Part shown: one piece after another, positions 1 through 8,065 of the stretch
How the letters are laid out: the number at the start of each line of letters is the position of its first letter
Position numbering within the stretch: the first letter of the stretch is position 1
Notes under the pieces: generated by a model
Told to the model about the DNA's origin: nothing
Databases searched by the model: none
Seen by the model: the letters and a program-made list of their open reading frames with translations, nothing else
Made by a program: the position numbers and the translations under genes
IMG/VR virus record: IMGVR_UViG_3300049139_000029
Coordinates: 1-41,470 of that record
DNA: 41,470 bases
DNA from: a virus
Lineage: Duplodnaviria > Caudoviricetes
Reading direction: 5' to 3' (one strand)

Positions 1-75
1 CGTGCGCCAGGACTGATCTCCTCCGGTCCGCAGCCAAACCCTCCAGCAGTGTTATCGTCCTCGTTCGAGGGTTCC
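1..75. repeat. Terminal direct repeat (identical to 41396..41470); circular-assembly overlap
   Basis: Bases 1-75 (cgtgcgccag...cgagggttcc) match 41396-41470 exactly, and an ORF reads in frame across the join. Confidence 0.95.
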
Positions 76-154
76 AAGACCCCCACCAGCCCTCCGGTAG
101 TTCCCCAACAATTACCTTTATGCCGAGATCCTCGGCTAGCCCCATGAGATCCAT
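1..154 (-). CDS. 5' part of ImmA/IrrE-like metallopeptidase (continues at 41130..41395 across the circular join)
   Basis: ATG at 154 gives MDLMGLAEDLGIKVIVGELPEGWWGSWNPRTRTITLLEGLAADRRRSVLAH, in frame with ORF 41130..41432; 139 aa in total. Confidence 0.85.
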   Translation of the reverse strand, partial: MDLMGLAEDLGIKVIVGELPEGWWGSWNPRTRTITLLEGLAADRRRSVLAH

Positions 155-211
155 CACTTGAACCTAGAAGTGGCCGGTGACATTCCGGGGTGACATGACC
201 GTTTTATTACG

Positions 212-925
212 TCAGGCGGGGTCTACACCGGGCTCACCCTTATGTGCTGCCAGCCCCCACCCGTCCTGATCCTCATCCATGAGTGCGGACGCCATGTTCA
301 ACAACAGTTCCCGGGACTTCGCCGGCAGCCTCCCAGCCCCGGGGATTACCAGATCATCGCCTGCCGTGTGCACCTCAATACCGAGGGACACCGCGGCCGC
401 CCGGATCACATCCAGCACCGGCACCCGTAGACCCTTCGCGAGTCCTTTGATGGTGTCCGGCTTCGGGAACTCGGTGATCGGCTGGTTTGCGAGTTTGTGG
501 ATCGCCCTGTCTGAGGTGGCACCGGTGAGCCCTGACCGGGCGGCGAGACGCGCATAGGACATGTCGCCGCGGTGGTCCTGGATCAGGTATTGCAGCGACC
601 CTTCGGGGAAGCGTGACGACGGGACGGGTTCGGCTTTGAAGAGGAACCGGTGGGATTCGGCGGCGTCCAACCGGCCGGCGTCCTCGAGTTGTTCGGGTGT
701 GACGCCGACGACGTTCGCCATGCGGGCGAGGGTGTCCGGCGGTGCGGTGACTGGCACTTTAGTTCCTGCTGACACTGCCTGGTATCCCTTCACGATTTGC
801 CTCCATCGTCCTTCGCTGATGCCTGCTTGTCGGGCGGCTTCGCGGGTTGAGATGTTGGTGAGGCGTTGCCCTTTGGCGATGAGCTCACCTTCGGGGGTTT
901 GTTCGGTTGTCATGGTCTCCACCAT
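212..925 (-). CDS. Immunity repressor with two XRE-type HTH domains
   Basis: HTH1 ISTREAARQAGISEGRWRQIVKG; HTH2 MSYARLAARSG...PKPDTIKGLAKGLRV. Divergent from the Cro-like gene and upstream of ImmA and the integrase. Confidence 0.8.
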   Translation of the reverse strand: MVETMTTEQTPEGELIAKGQRLTNISTREAARQAGISEGRWRQIVKGYQAVSAGTKVPVTAPPDTLARMANVVGVTPEQLEDAGRLDAAESHRFLFKAEPVPSSRFPEGSLQYLIQDHRGDMSYARLAARSGLTGATSDRAIHKLANQPITEFPKPDTIKGLAKGLRVPVLDVIRAAAVSLGIEVHTAGDDLVIPGAGRLPAKSRELLLNMASALMDEDQDGWGLAAHKGEPGVDPA

Positions 926-929
926 GGAC

Positions 930-1087
930 TGCGTATGCCTGCGTAGTACAGCGCATCGGGTTGTGTCATTTCTACGCAGATGGGCGCGAATTACGCGGTT
1001 GTTATATTCGAAAACGCCTAGTCAGAAGCTTGTTCCGTTGTCCGGTATGCGTAGGTGTTGACACTACGCGTAGTTACGCACTACTGT
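930..1087. promoter_or_regulatory. Lysis/lysogeny switch: rightward promoter and repeated TACGC/GCGTA operator half-sites
   Basis: TTGACA (1058-1063), 18 bp, TACTGT (1082-1087). Perfect palindrome ACTACGCGTAGT at 1063-1074. Further TGCGTA/TACGC copies at 930, 940, 972, 991, 1048 and 1074. Confidence 0.7.
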
Positions 1088-1094
1088 TTTAGGT

Positions 1095-1349
1095 ATGGCA
1101 AACGCACAGAAACCCTGGACCCGGCTCACGGTCACACGTGAACGCGACGGTCATACGAAAACTTCCCTCGCGGCGAAAGTCATCATGCCGACCACAGGGA
1201 AACCCATGTCCCTCGGATACCTGAATGACCTTGAAACGGGGCGCCGGGAACCGAACCCCTCAATCACTCTTCTACTGGCGCGGGCGTTGAACGTGCCCGT
1301 CTCGTACATCGAGAAAGAGGACCGCATCGACGGAAGGCCGGCGGCATGA
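1095..1349 (+). CDS. Cro-like XRE HTH protein
   Basis: TKTSLAAK...SLGYLNDLETGRREP...LARALNV; first gene of the early operon, divergent from the repressor. Confidence 0.8.
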   Translation: MANAQKPWTRLTVTRERDGHTKTSLAAKVIMPTTGKPMSLGYLNDLETGRREPNPSITLLLARALNVPVSYIEKEDRIDGRPAA

Positions 1350-1522
1350 GCCAGCTCCTGAACAGCGCCGAAGCTGCCGAGCGGTTGGGGCTTGAACCCC
1401 GCACCCTCGACCAGTGGCGGTATCTCGGCAAAGGGCCGGCGTACGTCAAGTTGGGACGCGCCGTCCGCTACCGCCCCGAGGCCATCGACGAGTACATCAA
1501 CGACAACACGAAAGCAGCATGA
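1346..1522 (+). CDS. Excisionase-like HTH_17/AlpA protein (58 aa, not in ORF track)
   Basis: MSQLLNSAEAAERLGLEPRTLDQWRYLGKGPAYVKLGRAVRYRPEAIDEYINDNTKAA; ATGA overlaps on both sides. Confidence 0.85.
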   Translation: MSQLLNSAEAAERLGLEPRTLDQWRYLGKGPAYVKLGRAVRYRPEAIDEYINDNTKAA

Positions 1523-1941
1523 TCATGAGCATCAACCAGATGGGTGAGGGCCAGCGGCGGCAACCGTTGACCCTCGTGGAACCCAACCGTTACGAAGAAG
1601 AGTTTCCAATCATCAACCTTACCCGCGAGCAGGCGGACATGGTCGTCCGGAACTACGCCGACCTGTACTACCAGACCCACGGGCTGGACAACACGGAACG
1701 CCTGACCGGGTTCACCCTGTGGCTGTCCTGGTGCGTCGGCGGACGCATCGAAGAGGGCGAACTGTTCGAGGTCATCGAAGCGTTCCACGAGCTCGCGAAG
1801 CATTACGCCGGCGACTCACGGCGGGACGTTGACGAGCTCGAGTCGAACTTGAACGTCGCCGTGAACATGGTCCTCGACACCGCGCACGTGCACGGCCCGT
1901 GGATCAACCGTTACGAGCTGGTGTTGGGGCGGACAGCATGA
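1519..1941 (+). CDS. Hypothetical protein
   Basis: ATGA-coupled to both neighbours; typical codon usage. Confidence 0.7.
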   Translation: MIMSINQMGEGQRRQPLTLVEPNRYEEEFPIINLTREQADMVVRNYADLYYQTHGLDNTERLTGFTLWLSWCVGGRIEEGELFEVIEAFHELAKHYAGDSRRDVDELESNLNVAVNMVLDTAHVHGPWINRYELVLGRTA

Positions 1942-2069
1942 GCCCGATCTTCCGCACCCACCCGGTGCCACGCCGTGACACCGTCCGCGAGTGGTTCGGC
2001 ATCACCGTCTCCTACACCGTGTTCTTCGGCATCCTGTGGGGCGCGTACGAAGTGAGCGTGTTCCTATGA
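1938..2069 (+). CDS. Small membrane protein (43 aa, not in ORF track)
   Basis: MSPIFRTHPVPRRDTVREWFGITVSYTVFFGILWGAYEVSVFL; one hydrophobic helix; ATGA overlaps at both ends. Confidence 0.65.
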   Translation: MSPIFRTHPVPRRDTVREWFGITVSYTVFFGILWGAYEVSVFL

Positions 2070-2218
2070 GCACCATCACCGAGAACGACGACACGTTCGA
2101 GATTTGCGATACCTGCACCGATTGGGTGGGGACTTGTATCTGCCCCACAGACACCCCGGAAGAGACCGCCCGGAAGCTCAGCGTGTGGGCTGACCGTTAC
2201 GGAAGGATCACCCGATGA
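2066..2218 (+). CDS. Small Cys-containing hypothetical protein
   Basis: MSTITENDDTFEICDTCTDWVGTCICP...; ATGA overlaps. Confidence 0.6.
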   Translation: MSTITENDDTFEICDTCTDWVGTCICPTDTPEETARKLSVWADRYGRITR

Positions 2219-2985
2219 GTGAACTGTTGTTCGACGAAGAGAAGCATCAATATCATCTCGACGGAAAGCGCCTCACCAGCGTGACCACAATCCTCGACGG
2301 GGGCATCCCGAAGCCGTTCCTGGTCCCGTGGGCGGCGAAGAAAGCCGCGGAGGAAGCATGGGAACTCCGGCACCTGACGGACCAGGAGAAGTTCATCCGG
2401 CTGGCGAAAGGCGCACCCAACCAGGAGCGGGACCGCGCTGCGGTGAGGGGTACGGACATTCACGCCCTCGCTGAGGACCTGCTGAACGGCCGCCCCGTCG
2501 AAGTGCCGGAAGAACTCTATCCGTACGTGGATGGTTACGTCCGTTTCCTGGACCGGTTCCATGTGGTGCCGACGCTAACGGAGAAAACCGTGTTCCTGTC
2601 CGAGTTCCACTCGGGTGGGAGGTTCGACGCGATCGGCCACTTCCCGACCTTGTGTGATGGGCCGGTGCTGTGGGATGTGAAAACCAGCAACGGCGTGTAC
2701 CGGGAAACGAAACTCCAGACGGCGGCTTATGCGTTGGCGGACTACTACGTGGAGCCCGACCAGCCCACGGTCCCGTTGAAGCTCCCGGAGATCCAGCAAA
2801 CCTTTGTGGCGCATGTGACCCCGGACGGTACGTACCTGATCCCGTTGGCCCGGAACCGTGCCGAGATCCACGAGCACATGGAGTTCTTCCGTGCCGCTTT
2901 CCAGGTGTACAAGTTTGGCCTCGCCGCGCATAAGGTCGCGGACCCTGTTGAGGCACCCGAGATTGAGTTTGAGAGGGCATCATGA
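2215..2985 (+). CDS. PD-(D/E)XK (Cas4-like/RecE-like) recombination exonuclease
   Basis: SVTTIL, RGTDIH, GRFD, DVKT and LQTAAY motifs; immediately upstream of ERF. Confidence 0.8.
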   Translation: MSELLFDEEKHQYHLDGKRLTSVTTILDGGIPKPFLVPWAAKKAAEEAWELRHLTDQEKFIRLAKGAPNQERDRAAVRGTDIHALAEDLLNGRPVEVPEELYPYVDGYVRFLDRFHVVPTLTEKTVFLSEFHSGGRFDAIGHFPTLCDGPVLWDVKTSNGVYRETKLQTAAYALADYYVEPDQPTVPLKLPEIQQTFVAHVTPDGTYLIPLARNRAEIHEHMEFFRAAFQVYKFGLAAHKVADPVEAPEIEFERAS

Positions 2986-3605
2986 GCGTTTACGAAGCGA
3001 TCAATAACGTGATGGACGAGGTTCGGTCCGTCGCGAAGAACGACAAGAACACGCAGCAGAATTTCAACTTCCGCGGCATCGACGCGGTTGTGAATGCTGT
3101 ATCCCCGGCGATGAGGAAGCACGGCCTGACGGTGCGCCCGTCGAACGTGCTGTCGATCGAGCATCTCCCGTTCACGTCCAAGAGCGGGGCGTTGGGTGTG
3201 GCGTGCCGGGTCCTGGTGGAGTACACGTTCACCGACTTGAAGGGTGACGAGTGCACGTCTGTGGTCGCGGCGGAGGCGAACGACTACGGGGATAAGGCGA
3301 CCCCGAAGGCCATGAGCGTGGCGTTCCGGACGTGCCTCTTGCAGGCGTTCGCGTTGCCGACGACGGAGACAGACCCGGACGCGGACACATACGACCACGG
3401 GGAGCGGCCGCAGGCTACCGTTGCGGGGCCTAAGCGCACGATTCAGCGGCAGGCGGTGGATATCGACGCAGTCCAAGCGCGGATGAAGGAGTGCGCCACG
3501 GTGGACGAGTTGCGGGCGTTGTATGACGCGTATGTGGCTGAGGGTGCCCCGGATTCGGTGCTGGCGTTGGTGTCCGCTGAGGGTAAAGCGAGGGCCGCCG
3601 CGTGA
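2982..3605 (+). CDS. ERF-family ssDNA annealing protein
   Basis: KNDKNTQQNFNFRGIDAV...DKATPKAMSVAFR...DPDAD. Confidence 0.85.
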   Translation: MSVYEAINNVMDEVRSVAKNDKNTQQNFNFRGIDAVVNAVSPAMRKHGLTVRPSNVLSIEHLPFTSKSGALGVACRVLVEYTFTDLKGDECTSVVAAEANDYGDKATPKAMSVAFRTCLLQAFALPTTETDPDADTYDHGERPQATVAGPKRTIQRQAVDIDAVQARMKECATVDELRALYDAYVAEGAPDSVLALVSAEGKARAAA

Positions 3606-4054
3606 AAGCCCTGACAGTTCGCCAGCCGTGGGCGTGGGCCATCATCCACGGCGGTAAGGACGTCGAGAACCGCTCACGCGGGACCAGCCACCGAGGGCAG
3701 ATCTACATCCACGCCGGCCTCGGCTACTCCACCGAAGCCGAAGAACACCAGGCCATGCAGGAAGCGTGGATCAATGCCGCGCAAAAGCTCCCCGCCGAGC
3801 GCGGGAACATGGGGCCGCTACGTAAGCAGGACCTCTTCCTCGACTACGGCCAAGTGATCGGAACAGTTGATGTCGTCGGATGCCACCACGCTACTGAGTG
3901 CTGGTGCCACGACTGCGGCGATCACTGTTCCGCTTGGGCGCAACCGGACGTATGGCACTGGGAACTAGCCAACCCGCGGCCGCTCGCCTGCCCGTTCCCT
4001 GAGAAAGGGAAGCTCGGCATCTGGAACCTTCTCCCACAGGAGGTGATGGTATGA
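3602..4054 (+). CDS. ASCH domain protein
   Basis: ALTVRQPWAWAIIHGGKDVENRS...RGQIYIHA...KGKLGIW. Confidence 0.85.
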   Translation: MKALTVRQPWAWAIIHGGKDVENRSRGTSHRGQIYIHAGLGYSTEAEEHQAMQEAWINAAQKLPAERGNMGPLRKQDLFLDYGQVIGTVDVVGCHHATECWCHDCGDHCSAWAQPDVWHWELANPRPLACPFPEKGKLGIWNLLPQEVMV

Positions 4055-4413
4055 GCGCTCAGCTTGAGCTCAATCGGATCCTCTCCGACTGGGACACCAC
4101 CCTCCGCGCCTACGCCACCGCAGGAGAAGAAGCCGCCAACGCCGAAGCCGACCACAAACGGTTGCGCGGGAAAGCCATCGTCACCGAACGGCACCGCGAC
4201 CCGAAAGCCGCCATGACCCTCTGCGAGGCGATAGCGGACGCGGACGACGAGGTGGCCACGGCGTTGAACCGGCGCCTGATCGCTGACGCCACGTTGGACG
4301 CTATCCGGGGGAAACTCAAGTGGTTCCAGGCGGCGGCTGATGGGAAGCGGTCGGAGATCAGCAGCGAGCGGGCTAACGCGGCGCTCTACGCCTCGAACGG
4401 GGCCGGCGCATGA
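4051..4413 (+). CDS. Hypothetical helical protein
   Basis: Coupled ORF in the early operon; Ala-rich, coiled-coil-like. Confidence 0.7.
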   Translation: MSAQLELNRILSDWDTTLRAYATAGEEAANAEADHKRLRGKAIVTERHRDPKAAMTLCEAIADADDEVATALNRRLIADATLDAIRGKLKWFQAAADGKRSEISSERANAALYASNGAGA

Positions 4414-4517
4414 GTAACGAGTGGATGACCGAAGCGCTGCGCGCAGCAATGCTGGCAAATGACTGGGACGCCGCCGCCGCGCTGATGGACTACTTGGAAC
4501 GTGAGGAGGAGAAATGA
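4410..4517 (+). CDS. Small hypothetical protein (35 aa, not in ORF track)
   Basis: MSNEWMTEALRAAMLANDWDAAAALMDYLEREEEK fills the gap with ATGA overlaps at both ends. Confidence 0.55.
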   Translation: MSNEWMTEALRAAMLANDWDAAAALMDYLEREEEK

Positions 4518-4861
4518 GCGATATCCCCCGTAAGACGAAGGGCCTCGTGTTCCTCCGCGACAACGGCCAGTGCGTCCGCTGCGGTGGGGAGGGGGAGTTG
4601 AACTTCCACCACCGAAAACTGCGCTCCCAATCCCCCAAGACGGCGGTGCATAACCCGGAGAACGTCATCATCCTGTGCGGTTCCGGGACTACGGGCTGTC
4701 ATGGGTGGGTGCACGCCAACCCTTCCACGGCGTACCTGATGGGCTGGTTGGTCCCGTCGTGGGCTGACCCCCTGGACACACCGTGTTTCGTTTTGACGGA
4801 GGACGAGTTTTACCGGCTGGATGCTGACGCCAGCCGTTCAATCACACAGAAAGCAGCATGA
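4514..4861 (+). CDS. HNH endonuclease (Zn-finger type)
   Basis: RDNGQCVRCG...HHRKLRS...NVIILCGSGTTGCHGWVH. Confidence 0.85.
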   Translation: MSDIPRKTKGLVFLRDNGQCVRCGGEGELNFHHRKLRSQSPKTAVHNPENVIILCGSGTTGCHGWVHANPSTAYLMGWLVPSWADPLDTPCFVLTEDEFYRLDADASRSITQKAA

Positions 4862-5256
4862 CGATGAGCGATGTAACCGTAGTAGGCAACGTGGGCGAAC
4901 CGGCCCTCAAGTTCACTCCGCAGGGCAAAGCGGTCCTCGAGTTCTCCCTGGCCGAGAACCACAGCAAGAAGAACCAGAGCGGCGGGTGGGACGACGACGG
5001 CACCACATGGCGGCGCGTGTCCATTTGGGAGAAGAAAGCCGAAGCCCTCGCCGAAGTGCTGGCCAAGGGTGACCGGGTCGTCGTGGTGGGTTCGGAACGG
5101 ATCCGCGAGTGGGAGGGCAAGGACGGCGGGAAGGGCCAGTCGTTGGAGCTTCGCGCCCGCGACGTCGGGGTGATCCCGAAGGCCCCGCGTGAGCAGTCGG
5201 GCGGGTTCGGCAACGATGACGGCGGGTGGGGTTCCAACAACGATCCGGGATTCTGA
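4858..5256 (+). CDS. ssb: Single-stranded DNA-binding protein
   Basis: VTVVGNV...LKFTPQGKAV...W...AE..KGDRVVVVG; Gly-rich acidic tail ending DPGF. Confidence 0.9.
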   Translation: MTMSDVTVVGNVGEPALKFTPQGKAVLEFSLAENHSKKNQSGGWDDDGTTWRRVSIWEKKAEALAEVLAKGDRVVVVGSERIREWEGKDGGKGQSLELRARDVGVIPKAPREQSGGFGNDDGGWGSNNDPGF

Positions 5257-5257
5257 G

Positions 5258-5521
5258 ATGGGCTACCAGTACAACGGGAAGCTCCGGGGTGAAGCGGACC
5301 CCTGGAACACGCCGCAACCAGAGTCGAAGCCTGACCCGAAACCGCAACCGGTGAAGCGGAAGCCGCAGAAGCCCCGTAAGGACGCCGCACAGTGCGGGAC
5401 GAAGTCGGGGCATAAACGCCACCAGCGGTTGGGTGAGCCGGCGTGTGGGCCGTGCAAGGCGGCGAAGGCTGACTATGACCGCGATTGGCGGGCAGGACGA
5501 ACAGGGAAGGTAGCAGCATGA
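5258..5521 (+). CDS. Hypothetical protein with CGT..H...C..C zinc-binding motif
   Basis: AQCGTKSGHKRHQRLGEPACGPCK, a motif common in actinophage early proteins. Confidence 0.7.
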   Translation: MGYQYNGKLRGEADPWNTPQPESKPDPKPQPVKRKPQKPRKDAAQCGTKSGHKRHQRLGEPACGPCKAAKADYDRDWRAGRTGKVAA

Positions 5522-6096
5522 AGTGTGTCGAGGACCAATGTGATCGTAAAACGGTGGCTCGTCAGATGTGCGGTATGCATTACCTGCGGTGGAAGCGCGC
5601 TACCCCCAAGGAAAAACGCGAACCGCTCGTGCGGCCATCCGCTACGGAACGGTTCTGGAAGAACGTAGACAAGTCTGGCTCTTGTTGGGAATGGACTGCT
5701 GGGAAGAACAGCTACGGGTACGGCTGGTTCTGGGTGAACGGCGGGAATATGGGCGCTCACCGCTTTTCGTACGAGCAGTCGAAAGGCAGCATCCCGGAAG
5801 GTTTGCTTGTGGATCACATCTGCCACAACAGAGCATGTGTCAATCCCGACCACCTCCGGCTTGTCACCGATAAGCAGAACGTCGAAAACCGGGCGGGCCT
5901 GTCGGCAAGAAATACCAGCGGCGCACATGGGGTCTATTGGGACCGGAGAAGAGGCGCGTGGTGTGGGGTCATCGGGCACAACCGGAGGCGGTACTTCCTC
6001 GGCCCGTTTGGAACCGTGGAGGAGGCCGACAGTGCAGTGCGAGCAAAGCGGAACGAACTCTTCACGCACAACGATCTGGACAGGCTGTGTTCGTAA
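5518..6096 (+). CDS. HNH homing-type endonuclease with AP2-like C-terminus
   Basis: N-terminal C-x4-C-x9-C-x2-H; RFW...CWEW...AHRFSY...DHICHNRACVNPDHL...NTSGAHGV. Confidence 0.85.
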   Translation: MKCVEDQCDRKTVARQMCGMHYLRWKRATPKEKREPLVRPSATERFWKNVDKSGSCWEWTAGKNSYGYGWFWVNGGNMGAHRFSYEQSKGSIPEGLLVDHICHNRACVNPDHLRLVTDKQNVENRAGLSARNTSGAHGVYWDRRRGAWCGVIGHNRRRYFLGPFGTVEEADSAVRAKRNELFTHNDLDRLCS

Positions 6097-6116
6097 TGAC
6101 ACGGCTGTAAGTTTGC

Positions 6117-6170
6117 CTCAGATATCGCCTACGAATACCTGACTTAGGTACTCGTAGGCGATATACTGAG
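6117..6170 (+). promoter_or_regulatory. Long palindrome overlapping a putative promoter
   Basis: 19-bp arms at 6122-6140 and 6146-6164 (1 mismatch). CTGACT (6139-6144), 17 bp, TATACT (6162-6167). Confidence 0.55.
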
Positions 6171-6183
6171 TAGGAACGCAAAA

Positions 6184-6213
6184 GCCCCGCAGGTGCGCTA
6201 ACACCTGCGGGGC
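6184..6213. promoter_or_regulatory. Perfect 12-bp leader hairpin (possible minus-strand terminator)
   Basis: GCCCCGCAGGTG-cgctaa-CACCTGCGGGGC, preceded by an A-run. Confidence 0.55.
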
Positions 6214-6234
6214 CACAAAACGAAGGACTCGGAT

Positions 6235-6504
6235 ATGAGATTATCGCAACCCGCCGACGTTGACAAGACGGCCGCCGCCCGCGAACTCCTCGCCATACAC
6301 GCACAACGCCGGCTCGAAGTGCGCCTCCACGACGGCTACCTCACCAAACTCTTCTACGACCACGGCATCCCCGTCGAGGACATCGCCGCTGCGTATGGGG
6401 TAGGACAGCGCACCGTGTACGACATCATCAAGCGCCAGCCCGTGGGCTGCCATAAGCCAGGGGAGACCTGTACCGCTTGCGGGACTGTGGAGGTGGCATT
6501 TTGA
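6235..6504 (+). CDS. Small HTH protein with C-terminal Cys motif
   Basis: GIPVEDIAAAYGVGQRTVYDIIKR (HTH); CH...CTAC; GAAGGA RBS. Confidence 0.7.
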   Translation: MRLSQPADVDKTAAARELLAIHAQRRLEVRLHDGYLTKLFYDHGIPVEDIAAAYGVGQRTVYDIIKRQPVGCHKPGETCTACGTVEVAF

Positions 6505-7169
6505 GCCTCTACTACTCCGACGACCATGTGACCCTCTATCACGGGGACTGCCTCACCGAGCACAGGGAATGGCTCGAGGCGGACGTGCTGGTGACTGACC
6601 CACCGTACGGCAGCGAGAACGGCAATGGATACGGCAGAGCAGGCGGTAATGGTCGTATCGGGAACGCGTTCATCGCCAATGACCGCACGACCGAAGTTCG
6701 CGACGCTGCGCTTGCTGCGTGGGCTGATCGGCCGGTAATCGCATTCGGAACACCTCGCATGCCGGAACCTCCAGGGGGATGGGATCACCGGCTCGTGTGG
6801 GATAAGCGTGAGCCGGGACTGAATGGTGGTCCGTGGCGCTACACGCACGAGAGTATCTTCGTCCGCGGTGAAGGATGGGCACGCGTAAGCGCAGCCTCAT
6901 TCTCCATCCTCAGCTACCCGTCAGGGAACGGTTCACCGGAGAAGCGAGACCACGTCCACGCTAAGCCTGTAGCGCTGATGATGCGCCTTATCGAGGCAGC
7001 CCCGCCGGGGGCGATCGCGGACCCATTCGCGGGCAGTGGATCGACTCTCATCGCCGCTAAGAACCTCGGACGGAAAGCCATCGGTGTAGAGCTTGAGGAA
7101 CGGTACTGCGAGATCATCGCCAAACGGTGCCAGCAGGAAGTCCTCGACATCTTCGGGGGTGTCGCCTGA
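6501..7169 (+). CDS. Orphan N6-adenine/N4-cytosine DNA methyltransferase (beta class)
   Basis: DPPY catalytic motif precedes H.KP and the DPFAGSGST SAM-binding motif; GVELEERYC. Confidence 0.9.
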   Translation: MSLYYSDDHVTLYHGDCLTEHREWLEADVLVTDPPYGSENGNGYGRAGGNGRIGNAFIANDRTTEVRDAALAAWADRPVIAFGTPRMPEPPGGWDHRLVWDKREPGLNGGPWRYTHESIFVRGEGWARVSAASFSILSYPSGNGSPEKRDHVHAKPVALMMRLIEAAPPGAIADPFAGSGSTLIAAKNLGRKAIGVELEERYCEIIAKRCQQEVLDIFGGVA

Positions 7170-8065
7170 TGCCCCGCGACACCCGAACCTACATCACCGT
7201 CCACGACGGGATGCCCGAACACCCCAAAATGGAAGTCCTCTCCGACGCCGCATTCCGGGCCATCATCGACCTATGGTGCTGGTGCTCACGCAACCGCACA
7301 GACGGCAAAATACCGGCCGCCGTATGGACGAAACGCGTACCCGTGAAAGCCCGCAAAGAACTCCTTGGAGTGCTCATCCACGAGACCCCGGACGGGTTCC
7401 AGGCCCACGACTACTTGGAGCATCAACGGTCATCTGAGGAGATCGACCAGCTATCCGCCAAGCGGTCCGAAGCTGGCAAGCGGGGCGGCAAAGCGAAAGC
7501 AAGAAACGTAGCCGAAGGGGTAGCAAGTGCTACAGCAAATGCTAAGCAAGACGCTGGCAAAAACGTAGCAGATACAGATACAGAGAGTACTAACAAAGTT
7601 AGTACTAGTCCCGGGAGCCTAACGGCACCCGTGATGTGCGAACTCCTCGCAGACCTCATCGAAGGCAACGGGTCCCTCCGACCAACCATCACCAAGGAAT
7701 GGTTAGACGAAGCCCGCCGCATGATCGACCTCGACAAACGCGACCCGTCAAAAGCTGAAAACCTGATCCGCTGGTCGCAGGAGGATTCGTTCTGGCGGAA
7801 GAACATCCTGTCGATGCCGAAGTTCCGGAAGCAGTACGACAAGATCCGCCTCGCTGCCCTCGAAGCGTGGGAGAAGAACAAGACCGGCCAGAGCCCGGAC
7901 GGGGAGATCAACCCGGACGCCATCCTCGGCCGGGACTACTGGACCCCCGAACCCCCACCAGACGGGCTCACCCTCGAAGAACAACTCGCCTGGACGAAAC
8001 AGCAACGCGAACAGCACGCCGCGGACAGGCTCGAACAAGCCCGAAGGAAAACCCATGCAGCATGA
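7169..8065 (+). CDS. Phage replication initiator (lambda O-like position)
   Basis: ITVHDGMPEHPK...HDYLEHQRS...AGKRGG N-terminus; FWRKNILSMPKFRKQYD C-terminus; directly upstream of DnaB. Confidence 0.75.
   Translation: MPRDTRTYITVHDGMPEHPKMEVLSDAAFRAIIDLWCWCSRNRTDGKIPAAVWTKRVPVKARKELLGVLIHETPDGFQAHDYLEHQRSSEEIDQLSAKRSEAGKRGGKAKARNVAEGVASATANAKQDAGKNVADTDTESTNKVSTSPGSLTAPVMCELLADLIEGNGSLRPTITKEWLDEARRMIDLDKRDPSKAENLIRWSQEDSFWRKNILSMPKFRKQYDKIRLAALEAWEKNKTGQSPDGEINPDAILGRDYWTPEPPPDGLTLEEQLAWTKQQREQHAADRLEQARRKTHAA
7490..7606. other. Putative replication origin (iteron-like repeats) inside the initiator gene
   Basis: A-rich patch with repeats TAGCAAGTGCTA, CAGCAAATGCTA and AGCAAGACGCTG; GCAA(G)AAACGTAGC twice; perfect IR AGTACTAAC-aaa-GTTAGTACT at 7586-7606. 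Confidence 0.55.

Noticed and set aside
1-75. Physical terminal repeat of the virion DNA
   Set aside because: It falls mid-gene, far from the terminase genes, and is the size of an assembler overlap.
2215-2985. CRISPR-Cas system suggested by the Cas4-like nuclease
   Set aside because: No repeat-spacer array or other cas genes were seen. Its position next to ERF indicates a recombination exonuclease.
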